Source: Nostoc sp. (GTDB lineage Bacteria; Cyanobacteriota; Cyanobacteriia; Cyanobacteriales; Nostocaceae). From it: a stretch of DNA of 64,000 bases. Positions 1 to 9,291 of this stretch are shown here, piece after piece; within the stretch, counting starts at the first letter, position 1, and every line of letters starts with the position of its first letter. The translations under genes and the position numbers were made by a program. The stretch spans positions 105,546-169,545 of the forward strand of contig JBALDB010000032.1 of assembly GCA_036918135.1 (NCBI GenBank). The letters are read 5' to 3'. The notes beneath the pieces are model-generated. The model was not told where the DNA came from, made no database searches, and worked only from the letters and a program-made list of their open reading frames with translations.

Positions 1-1314
1 AAAAATTTTTTTGAGAAATGTGTAAATGTATTGGTTTTTTACTTCCTCACGCGTCCAGCCGTAAAGCCTTTGTGCGCCTTGATTCCAGTACAAGATTTTG
101 TCAGTCATGTCGCGGATGATAACGGCATCGCTGGAATGATTCAACATATCCATCAGCCGTTGATTTTCCGCTTCTGCTAACTTGCGATCGTTGATATCGC
201 TACAAGTACCAATCCATTCTCGAATACTGCCGTCTGCTTCCAGTACGGGGGCACCACAAACTGAGAAGTAGCGGTGTATACCATCCTTGCCACGTAGGCG
301 GTATTCAGTTTGATAAAGACCTCGGTTGGCCACAGCAGTATTCCAAACTTCTGCGGATTCGGCGCGATCGTCAGGGTGAATTGGATCGAGCCAACCCCAA
401 CCTGTGACTTCCTCTTGTGTCTGTCCTGTGTAGGCTATCCAGGTTAGCATTTCATTGCCGATCCCCAGCCCTTCTGGAGTAGCTCCCCAGACGATCTGTG
501 AAGTAGCAGTCACTAAAGTGCTATATCGTTCTTTAAGACGCTGATTTTCCGCTTCTGCTAGCTTGCGATCGTGAATATCAGTACAGGTGCCAATCCACTC
601 GCGAACGCTGCCGTCTTCTTCGATTACCGGGGCACCCCAGACCCAAAAGTAGCGATAATTACCATCTTTGCCGCGAATTCGGTATTCAATTTGATATAGA
701 CTGCGGTTGGTTACGGCAGTACTCCAGACTTCTCCAGTGTAGGCGCGATCGTCAGGATGAAGGGCGTTAATCCATCCTCCATTCTCAGCTTCAGCTAAAC
801 TTTGACCTGTGTAGGCAATCCAGCTTGCCAATTCAAAGCAAATTCCTTCTGGTGTGCTAACCCAAATAATTTGGGTGTTAGTTGTTACTAGAGAGCGGTA
901 TCGTGCTTCACTCTGTTTCAAGATTTTTTCAGCGTCTTCGCGTTCTTTGTGGGCACGCTTGAGGTCGCTAATGTCCTCCACAGTTGACAAAATTAGCCGC
1001 TCCCCATCCTTCTCAACCAGTACTGCCGAAAGCCTGACCGGAACCAAATGCCCGTTTTTGTGGATGTAATCTTTTTCACAAGGTTCGCAGCGGCCATTTC
1101 GTTCTAAGCTCTCTAGCATCGTTGATTGAGCGCCATACTTCTGCGGTGTCATCTCCCAATAGTTAACATTCAAGGTTTGGGGGACAGTCCGCCCCAAAAT
1201 AGCTGCATAAGCAGGATTGATGTCAATCACTGTCCCATTTAGCCGGGACAGTACTAGACCAACTGGACATTGTTCAAATAGCTGACGGTAATATTCATCA
1301 ACTTGGCTAGGCAT
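1..1314 (-). CDS. Multi-PAS/PAC domain sensor protein, 3' end runs off the window (probably a histidine kinase or similar signalling protein)
   Basis: Not in the ORF track. My translation from ATG at 1314 is open to position 1: MPSQVDEYYRQLFEQCPVG..., with PAS/PAC motifs (HPDDR, EYRIRGKDGNYRYF, WIGTCTDIHDRK, then IIRDMTDKILYWNQGAQRLYGW). Starts 13 nt after the stop of the upstream kinase. Confidence 0.85.
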   Translation of the reverse strand, partial: MPSQVDEYYRQLFEQCPVGLVLSRLNGTVIDINPAYAAILGRTVPQTLNVNYWEMTPQKYGAQSTMLESLERNGRCEPCEKDYIHKNGHLVPVRLSAVLVEKDGERLILSTVEDISDLKRAHKEREDAEKILKQSEARYRSLVTTNTQIIWVSTPEGICFELASWIAYTGQSLAEAENGGWINALHPDDRAYTGEVWSTAVTNRSLYQIEYRIRGKDGNYRYFWVWGAPVIEEDGSVREWIGTCTDIHDRKLAEAENQRLKERYSTLVTATSQIVWGATPEGLGIGNEMLTWIAYTGQTQEEVTGWGWLDPIHPDDRAESAEVWNTAVANRGLYQTEYRLRGKDGIHRYFSVCGAPVLEADGSIREWIGTCSDINDRKLAEAENQRLMDMLNHSSDAVIIRDMTDKILYWNQGAQRLYGWTREEVKNQYIYTFLKKIF

Positions 1315-1327
1315 GGTTGAGGTTTCC

Positions 1328-3340
1328 TCAGTCATTTAAGTGAGTGGCATTCTGACAACAGAACCAGGACAATAGAGTGGCGTAAAGCTTTAAGGAAATT
1401 GGGTGGCGTTGGAACAGTTGGTAAATTTGATCGGGTTGTGCAACGCCAATATCTGGACTCTGCTGTGAAAGTCGTTGGATCAGTTGAGTATGGCGGATTA
1501 GTAAATCTGCTGGTTTGAGCATTGGTATTGTTGATGAAATGAAACCCTCGGCATCGATAGTGGAGCAGAGTTCGGTTGTGGGAGTTGGTGAAACAGAATT
1601 TGTGTCACAGTGCCCTGGTAGAGCTTCTAGCACTGAATAATTCACCGGAATTTGAATCCAGAATTCTGTACCTTCACCCAATTGAGAACGACACTTGAGA
1701 ATTCCTCCGTGTCTGTCTACAACAATTTGGTGGCTGATCGCCATACCTAATCCAGTTCCTTTACCAATCTCTTTGGTAGTAAAGAAGGGATCGTAAATGC
1801 GTTGGATGATGTTTTCCTTCATGCCTGGGCCGTTGTCTGCAATGCGAATTACAATCCAGTTGTTATCTAGGGTTTGGGTGCGAATGCTGATTTGGGGAGT
1901 AGGGGAGCGTTGAGTTGTGATTTGTAAATTGTGATTTAATTGTGATTCGTAATTTTGCCATTCGCTATTCGCCATTCCCTCTTCTAGCGCATCAATAGCA
2001 TTTGCCAGGATGTTCATAAACACTTGATTTAACTGTCCTGGGTAGCATTCAATCAGGGGAAGTTTGGCATACTCTTTAACGATTTCAATTGCCGGACGGT
2101 GAGCAGACGCTTTTAGGCGATGGCGAAGAATCATTAGCGTCCCATCAATGCCATCATGGATGTTGACAGCTTTGATTTGGGTTTCGTCATGGCGGGAGAA
2201 GTTTTTCAGAGATTGGACAATTTCTACAATGCGGTCTGTGCCCAGTTTCATCGAATCCAGCAGTTTGGGAAGATCCTGCATGATAAATTCCACATCAATA
2301 CTGTCTAGCTCTGATTGCAGATCTGGCGGAGCTACAGGTAAAAATTTCTGATAGTCTTGCAGCAGGTGTAATAAGTCATTAGCGTACTCTGCAACATACC
2401 TCAAATTCCCGCAAATAAAGTTCACTGGGTTATTGATTTCGTGGGCCACTCCAGCAATTAGTTGCCCTAAAGAAGACATTTTCTCGCTTTGGATTAACTG
2501 AGTTTGTGCCAGTTGCAAATCTTGCAGAGCTTGTTGAAGTTTTTGTGTTTGGGCTTTTGCTTGGATGGTTGCTTGAGTGCTTTGCTCATAAAGCAAAGCT
2601 TTTTCAATGGCGATCGCAGTTTGAGACGCAAAGATAGTTACAAGTTTCAGGTGTTCGGTTCTGTAGGAGTCGATTTTGTCTGTACCAATAGCGATCGCTC
2701 CTATTACCCGCTCTTTTGCTCTTAAAGGTACACAAATCAAAGCGTTAATGTTTTTCTGTGCCCATAATCGAGAATCAGCTTGCACGTCATTTACCAGTTC
2801 AGCTCGACCGGATTCGATAATGCTGCCAATTATTCCCTTGCCTAGTTCTGGCTGATTCTGCTCAAAAAACGCTCCAAACTCGCCAATGATTTCAAATTCA
2901 GCCGTATCGGGACTGAGCAGCAAAATTATCCCTGCTGAGGATTCAATCAATTGACTCATTTCCTGGAGTACAAGTTGGGCAATCTGTCGTCTATCCAAAC
3001 TCGTTGTCAGTTGAGTTGAAATGTCTTCAAACAAATCAATTTCCTGATATCGCTCTAGCAGTTCTTTAGCAAGTATTTTCTTCTCAGCTTCCTGCTTTGC
3101 CAATAACGAGAGCCAACCCGCCAGTAAACTTGCCTGTTCTTTACCAACAACCCAACCGATGATTTCTCCTGACGCCTCAATTGGATATCGATTTTCTGAT
3201 GTTTGCTCGCCAATACTAATCAGTTTCGTACCGTCCACTAGTTCAACGTCAATCGCGATGTTCAGTCGGTATACTAAGTCCTGAAGCAGAGATGGCAACT
3301 CTTCTTTATTAAGAATCTTTCTAAGGCTAACTGCCGACAT
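1328..3340 (-). CDS. GAF-domain sensor histidine kinase
   Basis: GAF region (ICVPLRAKERVIGAI), H-box EKMSSLGQLIAGVAHEINNP, N-box NILANAIDA, G boxes DNGPGM and GKGTGLGM. ATG at 3340 preferred over the TTG/alternative start at 3352. Confidence 0.9.
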   Translation of the reverse strand: MSAVSLRKILNKEELPSLLQDLVYRLNIAIDVELVDGTKLISIGEQTSENRYPIEASGEIIGWVVGKEQASLLAGWLSLLAKQEAEKKILAKELLERYQEIDLFEDISTQLTTSLDRRQIAQLVLQEMSQLIESSAGIILLLSPDTAEFEIIGEFGAFFEQNQPELGKGIIGSIIESGRAELVNDVQADSRLWAQKNINALICVPLRAKERVIGAIAIGTDKIDSYRTEHLKLVTIFASQTAIAIEKALLYEQSTQATIQAKAQTQKLQQALQDLQLAQTQLIQSEKMSSLGQLIAGVAHEINNPVNFICGNLRYVAEYANDLLHLLQDYQKFLPVAPPDLQSELDSIDVEFIMQDLPKLLDSMKLGTDRIVEIVQSLKNFSRHDETQIKAVNIHDGIDGTLMILRHRLKASAHRPAIEIVKEYAKLPLIECYPGQLNQVFMNILANAIDALEEGMANSEWQNYESQLNHNLQITTQRSPTPQISIRTQTLDNNWIVIRIADNGPGMKENIIQRIYDPFFTTKEIGKGTGLGMAISHQIVVDRHGGILKCRSQLGEGTEFWIQIPVNYSVLEALPGHCDTNSVSPTPTTELCSTIDAEGFISSTIPMLKPADLLIRHTQLIQRLSQQSPDIGVAQPDQIYQLFQRHPISLKLYATLLSWFCCQNATHLND

Positions 3341-4654
3341 GAAACACCTCATCTAGAGTGGATTGTAAATTTCCGGCAATCAAGACAACCCAGTAATTAA
3401 TTTCATCCGCTACCCCGACTACAAAGTTTTCCAAAGCAGATATTTTAGAAATTTCCATCAAAATCTCGGAAATATAATAATTCGCTAATAACACTAGTTT
3501 TCCCAGGAAGATTGGTAGCATAACAATTACCTTACGGAGGAGCCAATACCTTTAAAATCTGTAACAAAGACGCCCTTGATGGGTGAAAGCTTATTATTTA
3601 GCGATCGCCTCTTGTTGCTCTCTGGAATTTTATCTTCGTAAATTACGTATACTTAATTTCTGTTAATCCATAGGCGATCGCTGCAACGTACGGGAAATTT
3701 ACTCAAACAATAAAAGTTGTGGCTCAGACAACTTTTGAGAGCGCTACATGAGTAGAAAAAATTAGTTATGGAAGTTTTATAAATTTATCAAAAATATCAG
3801 CAATATTAAGTGATAACGAGAAAACAGTATTATAATATATTTTTCTTTTTGTCAAGGGTAATTTAACGTAGATATAAAAATTTTTTGCTAATTATCTAAA
3901 TTAAATATATATATTTACTGACTTCTAAAAATATAGCAGGAGGCAGGAGGTAAAAACATTACTCTTCGTGATATTCACGCTTATAGAATGTCCTAACCTA
4001 TATGACTACAGCTATAGATAATCTTTAAGCTTTTAGGAAAATTCATATTTTTACTAAAGACGTGACATTTATCAATGTACTAGTTAATATGTAACTTGAC
4101 AATTGAATGATTTTACTCACTTATTTATTAAGTTTAACTAATATCAATTGTTAAATACTTTTCCAGCCAGCAGCAAAATTGTCTTCTCAATCTGGCTATT
4201 AATGGAATCGAAACAATAAAAATAGCAATAATTCTTGGAATAAGAGCAATACTTAATTGTTGTTTTAATCAAGATAATTAACATTAAAAAACTGCTATTA
4301 AATAAATTTAGTTTGAGGTGTAAATATATTGAAGAAGCTGATAATTATATTTAATCGAGCGTCTATATTTTAAATAAAAAAAGCTAAGTTGTGTTACTGA
4401 TTATTTACTATAAATCAAACTTTTTATCAGTTACATATGGCAAAGACAGGTTAAAGCTGTAATTTATTCTGGACTAAAGAGATGATATCAGTGCATCAAT
4501 TTAGTACTGTATGTTTATTGATTTAATCTCTACTGCAAGGAAAGGTAGAAGGATGGCACTACAAGGTCAAGATAACGCAAACTATATTTGCAAGTTTAGG
4601 CTACTACTTTGAGGCATTCCAAAATACAACTAAAATACCTGGAGAAATCTATCG

Positions 4655-6484
4655 ATGAGTTTTAGATACTTCAAGCATTGGTTAAGATTTAGGTCAATTC
4701 AAAGCATTGTTGTTTTGGTTCTCGTGTCAACTCCTCTATGTAATGCATTCGCTCAGACTGCTCCCAAAGGAGGAATTGATTGGATTTTGGTAGTGGATAC
4801 TTCTGCTTCAATGCGTGGTGTAGGTGGAACAAAAAATATTTTTGACTTAGTAAAGAATTCAATTACTCAATTTGTTAACACAGCCAGATTAGGCGATACA
4901 GTTACTATCTATACTTTTGATAAAGATGTAACCTTAAATGCTGACAATATTAGTATTACAAGTAATCCTGACAGAGGTAAACTCAAGCAAATAATTAACT
5001 CATTTCAGGCTGAGGGTGTGCGGACTCACACAGGTAAGGCAGTACAAAAAGCTTTGCAACATTCTGCTGTATTAAATCAACGTGCTGATGCTCTTGGTCG
5101 GACTGTCAGCATAGTGTTTCTGACAGATGGATTAGAAGATGTGCGTGGTATTCCTAATCCAGTTCCCATTCCCAGTAATACTCAATTTTTGCGCCAGCAA
5201 CAATGTAAACCCTATATATTTTTTGTGTCTCTAGGATTAAAAGAACACGAAAAGCAACTCAACGAATTTGCTAGTAATCCAGCGCTTTGTGGTAAGGGAA
5301 AGGTATTGCGAGACCCTGGAGGAGTTCAGCTAAACCAGCTGGCTCAAAATATTCGACCCGTGCTAATTCAACCCAAACTAGATGTTAATTTATCGACTCA
5401 AAATTTACCAGCAGTATCACCAGGCGCAACTACTGAAACATTCAATATTAATAGTATCAGTAATGTCAACACTAAAGTAAGTTTGCAACTGGAAGACCCC
5501 AACCAAAGTGGTATTCGTTTAATTCCACCCGATCGCACAATCGACTTAATTGCCAATCAACCAACAGCTATTCCTGTGCGCTTACAGATACCAGCAGAGG
5601 CAAAGGGAGGTACTAACAGTTTGCGCTTAGTGCTGACGAGCTTAAATCGAGAAATCGCACCAATTGCACTAGACCTACCTTTAACCATTCAGTCAAAACT
5701 GCAAATACAACCTACAAGGATAGATTTTGGCTCAATAGAAGCAGGCAAAACCACTCAAACCCAAACTTTAGTAGTTCGCACCAATATATCGGGAACAGCT
5801 AAATTACAGTTGCAAGGCAATTTCCAAGATATTTCTGTCGGACAACCAACAGCTGCCATATCCTTGCAACCAGGAGAAACTAAAGTTCCAGTACAGTTAC
5901 AAGTTGTTGATAGCAGTTTTGCAGGCGATCGCACCTTCAGCTTGTTACTCACCCCAGATAATCCGATTGCTAGTCCTATCAGTGCAGAAGTTCATCTACA
6001 TATTTTCATGCCTTTGGGACGAAAAATAGTTATTTGCTTGCTTTTAGTACTGCTGGTGTTGTTAATCACCCTGCTAGTAATTTGTTTGATTCAACGCAAA
6101 ACCCCCTTAGAATTACTCGAAGATTTCCGCAACCGTAACCGCTTAGAAGGAGCATTGGTAGTACTGGAACCACTACCACAATCATCCCAGGACGAAGAGA
6201 TTAGTCTGACTCACCAACATAAGAGTAAAGTATGCTTGAGTGAATTGATACCAGCAATTACTGCCACCAATTTTGATGCCGAGTTAGTTGTAGCTTGGCG
6301 AGCAGGAAAAAAGAATATATATTTACGCTGTTTAAAAGGTGTAATTTTTGTCAATACTAAAAATATAAATACAGATGAACTCTACGATGAGGACATCATC
6401 GAGATTGGCAACGTTAAGCTGCAATTTCACTGGATTGAACACCAAAGGCCCTCTGAGTTAAACAGTGGGCAGACAAACTTTTGA
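4655..6484 (+). CDS. vWA domain membrane protein: signal peptide, vWA (MIDAS), two Ig-like repeats, TM helix, C-terminal FHA-like domain
   Basis: Signal peptide ending AFA|Q; MIDAS DTSAS...T...LTDG; two beta-rich repeats (QPKLDVNLSTQNLPAVSPG / QSKLQIQPTRIDFGSIEAG); TM IVICLLLVLLVLLITLLVICLI; FHA-like tail GVIFVN...LYDEDIIEIGNVKLQF. Confidence 0.8.
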   Translation: MSFRYFKHWLRFRSIQSIVVLVLVSTPLCNAFAQTAPKGGIDWILVVDTSASMRGVGGTKNIFDLVKNSITQFVNTARLGDTVTIYTFDKDVTLNADNISITSNPDRGKLKQIINSFQAEGVRTHTGKAVQKALQHSAVLNQRADALGRTVSIVFLTDGLEDVRGIPNPVPIPSNTQFLRQQQCKPYIFFVSLGLKEHEKQLNEFASNPALCGKGKVLRDPGGVQLNQLAQNIRPVLIQPKLDVNLSTQNLPAVSPGATTETFNINSISNVNTKVSLQLEDPNQSGIRLIPPDRTIDLIANQPTAIPVRLQIPAEAKGGTNSLRLVLTSLNREIAPIALDLPLTIQSKLQIQPTRIDFGSIEAGKTTQTQTLVVRTNISGTAKLQLQGNFQDISVGQPTAAISLQPGETKVPVQLQVVDSSFAGDRTFSLLLTPDNPIASPISAEVHLHIFMPLGRKIVICLLLVLLVLLITLLVICLIQRKTPLELLEDFRNRNRLEGALVVLEPLPQSSQDEEISLTHQHKSKVCLSELIPAITATNFDAELVVAWRAGKKNIYLRCLKGVIFVNTKNINTDELYDEDIIEIGNVKLQFHWIEHQRPSELNSGQTNF

Positions 6485-6504
6485 ATCATGTCAGGGGAAA
6501 GTGA

Positions 6505-9261
6505 ATGTTAAGTCCTACGGTTGTGCGTCCCACGGTTGTTTTTCGACCTACTGTTGTGATTGGTTTAGGAGGTACGGGCTATGAAGTTGTGCTAAAGCTC
6601 AAAAAGCGATTCATAGATGTTTACGGCTCAGTACCAGAGGTTATTCGTTTTCTTTCTATTGATACTACCGAAAACATCCAAGAACGAGAAAAATCACCTG
6701 ATGGCATCAAGGTTTTCTTAGAACCTAACGAACTTTATGCAATCTCAGTAGCAAATCCAGGACAACTAATAGGGGGACGTAACGATCACATTGATGAATG
6801 GTGGCCTAAGGATAAGGTTCCTACAAACTGCATTCTCAGTGGTGCAGGACAGATTCGGGCACGGGGACGATTAGCATTATTTGCTAAAGTTGCGGATATT
6901 AACGCTTTAATAGGTCAAGCCATTAATGCAGTACGCGAAATTCGTGCTAGCAAACAAGTATTTAGAGAAAACTTTCAGGTTTCAAATCGCGACGGTGTTG
7001 AAGTTTATGTTGTTGGCAGTTTGGCTGGTGGGACGGGTAGTGGCACATTTTTAGACGCGGCATTTTTAGCACGGCAATATCTCAATAGTTTTTCTAATAT
7101 TACAGGGGTATTTGTTTTACCTAGAGTGTTTGCAAATCTCTCCCAAACTCATTTGGTAAAGTCAAATGCTTATGGCGCTCTTAAGGAAATCGAACACTTT
7201 TGGGGATTGTCACCGTCTAATAGCATTGAGATTGATTACGGTATTTCAAAAATCAAAGCTGACCGTCCTCCCTTTGATGCTGTATTTTTGATTGATGGGG
7301 TTAACAAAAATGGAACTGTAGTCAGCCGTCCAGACGATTTGCAAAATTTAGTTGCAGATGGTTTGTACATCCAGATTGGTTCTCAAATCGGTCTAGACGC
7401 TGCTAACGTTGCCGATAATATTCGTGCTTATCTAGCAACTGGCGAGAAAGTCCGAGGCCGGAATATAAATTACTGTAGTTTTGGCTTTGCTACTTTGACT
7501 CTGCCAGTACAGCAGTATGAGCGGATGAAATTGGATGATGCTCAAAAGTTAATGAAGAATGAGTTGATGGCATCTACCCCGACAATTGATTTAGAAAACG
7601 ACATCAATCGATTCTTAGAAGATTGTAAGTTAGCAGATGCTAGTACTGTGCTTAATACTTTGACAGAAAGCGATCGCGGTGGACAGATTAAACCTGAATT
7701 CCGCATTGGTGAAATGCGTTACGACCGTACAGCTTTACCGACAATCAAAGAACTCCACAAGCAGCAGTTAGATAAATTTGAGCAACGGGCGGCTCAAGAA
7801 TTGGCAGTGAATTTTTCTCAACTAGAGCAGACTACAACTGCTGCCATTTCTACTTGGTGGGAGCGGAGTCTCAACCGTCCCAATGGACTAGCTTATGTTT
7901 TGCAATTTTTAACTAAACTATCCCACATATTAGATGAATTGCAGCTGAGTGTGCAACGCAAGTCACAAGAGGCAAAATCCAGCTTCAATGCTTTGAAATT
8001 AGAACCACAAGAAGAAAAGATTAAAGAAGCCTCAGAAACTTGGTTTCCAAATAAAAATACTATTCAAACAGCTTGCCAAAGGTATAAAGAACGGGCCGAT
8101 CAAAAATGGAAGACTTATTTACATTGGAAGCGTTGTGATAAAGCAGCTGAACTTTATGGTGTGCTACGGGCTAGGCTGGAAGAACTCCACGAAAAGTGCC
8201 AGCGTCTACAAAGTAATTTAGATAAAGTTTACCGAGATTTTGAACAGAGTGATCGCGAAGTCAGTCGTGAGGGAAATAACGACAATCCTTTTATCCATAC
8301 TATTGGGCGGATTAATCTCCAATCGAAACGCCCTAAAATTACTGGGGAAGATTTTATCCGTTGGTCTAGAGAACAGTCTCAAAGTTTAACAAATTGGTCA
8401 GAGAAAAAAGCTGAAGATGTCAAAAGTCAAATCTTAGCATTTTTGAATGAGACTTATAGCCCACTGACGAGTATGACTGTTGAGCAGGTATTAGCAGATA
8501 GCAATCCGGAAGATGCCGGAAAAGATTTAGAACAACTCGGAAAACTTGCAGTTCCTTTGTGGCAATATCAAGCAGAGGAAATTCCAACTCAACAGCAGCA
8601 CGTAATTACGGAATTTTATTACTACGGAGTAGAGACTAGCAACACAGTTTTTAGCAACCCACCGCTTTCAAGTCGGCTACCTAAAGGCAATAATAATCCT
8701 TCTTTCGTGCCAACAGGCGAACCTCATAAAGTCACTTTGTTTCGAGTGGAAGTAGGTGTCCCCTTGTTTACCTTCAATGGAATGAGGGATATGGAGCTAG
8801 CTTACTTAGATCCGAATAAGGTCTTCAAGCACCTGCACCGCAATTGGACTAATTTTCCGAATTTAATTCCTCTAGAAGATGACGGTGGGGCGTTGCGTTG
8901 GTTTGCCTTAGCGCTAGCACCAGATCCATATAAGTTGATTGTCAATCAGAGGCGACAATATTCTATTTATACGATCCAAGCGAGAAAATTAGAAGGTCAA
9001 GTTTTGCCTTTGGGAGGCGATCGCAAATCAGCATTTAAGGCTTTCAAAAGCAACTTGCCTCTGGTGAAAGAAATTGCCGAAAAAGTTGAACGTATTACCC
9101 ACGAAAATCAAGACAAAGCCAAATTTTCTTTAGAAAACTACATCAATCACCTGAATCAGGTTTTAAACGGGGGCAAGGTTGATTCCCAAATTAAAGAACA
9201 GGTAGAAATGGAAATCCAGGAAATTGAAGCCTACCTGGAAAATTTGGATGTGATTATCTAG
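6505..9261 (+). CDS. Tubulin/FtsZ-like GTPase (Tubulin_2/FtsZl1 type) with long helical C-terminal region
   Basis: VVIGLGGTG, SIDT, GAGQIRARGR, tubulin signature GSLAGGTGSG and NAYGALKE. 918 aa with a coiled-coil-rich C-terminal half. Confidence 0.85.
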   Translation: MLSPTVVRPTVVFRPTVVIGLGGTGYEVVLKLKKRFIDVYGSVPEVIRFLSIDTTENIQEREKSPDGIKVFLEPNELYAISVANPGQLIGGRNDHIDEWWPKDKVPTNCILSGAGQIRARGRLALFAKVADINALIGQAINAVREIRASKQVFRENFQVSNRDGVEVYVVGSLAGGTGSGTFLDAAFLARQYLNSFSNITGVFVLPRVFANLSQTHLVKSNAYGALKEIEHFWGLSPSNSIEIDYGISKIKADRPPFDAVFLIDGVNKNGTVVSRPDDLQNLVADGLYIQIGSQIGLDAANVADNIRAYLATGEKVRGRNINYCSFGFATLTLPVQQYERMKLDDAQKLMKNELMASTPTIDLENDINRFLEDCKLADASTVLNTLTESDRGGQIKPEFRIGEMRYDRTALPTIKELHKQQLDKFEQRAAQELAVNFSQLEQTTTAAISTWWERSLNRPNGLAYVLQFLTKLSHILDELQLSVQRKSQEAKSSFNALKLEPQEEKIKEASETWFPNKNTIQTACQRYKERADQKWKTYLHWKRCDKAAELYGVLRARLEELHEKCQRLQSNLDKVYRDFEQSDREVSREGNNDNPFIHTIGRINLQSKRPKITGEDFIRWSREQSQSLTNWSEKKAEDVKSQILAFLNETYSPLTSMTVEQVLADSNPEDAGKDLEQLGKLAVPLWQYQAEEIPTQQQHVITEFYYYGVETSNTVFSNPPLSSRLPKGNNNPSFVPTGEPHKVTLFRVEVGVPLFTFNGMRDMELAYLDPNKVFKHLHRNWTNFPNLIPLEDDGGALRWFALALAPDPYKLIVNQRRQYSIYTIQARKLEGQVLPLGGDRKSAFKAFKSNLPLVKEIAEKVERITHENQDKAKFSLENYINHLNQVLNGGKVDSQIKEQVEMEIQEIEAYLENLDVII

Positions 9262-9291
9262 CCCTCTAGTCTACGTTCTCAGAATATTTTT

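Noticed and set aside
6505..9261. Calling this gene ftsZ
   Set aside because: It is more than twice FtsZ length, lacks the FtsZ C-terminal features and dcw context, and its motifs match the divergent Tubulin_2 type.
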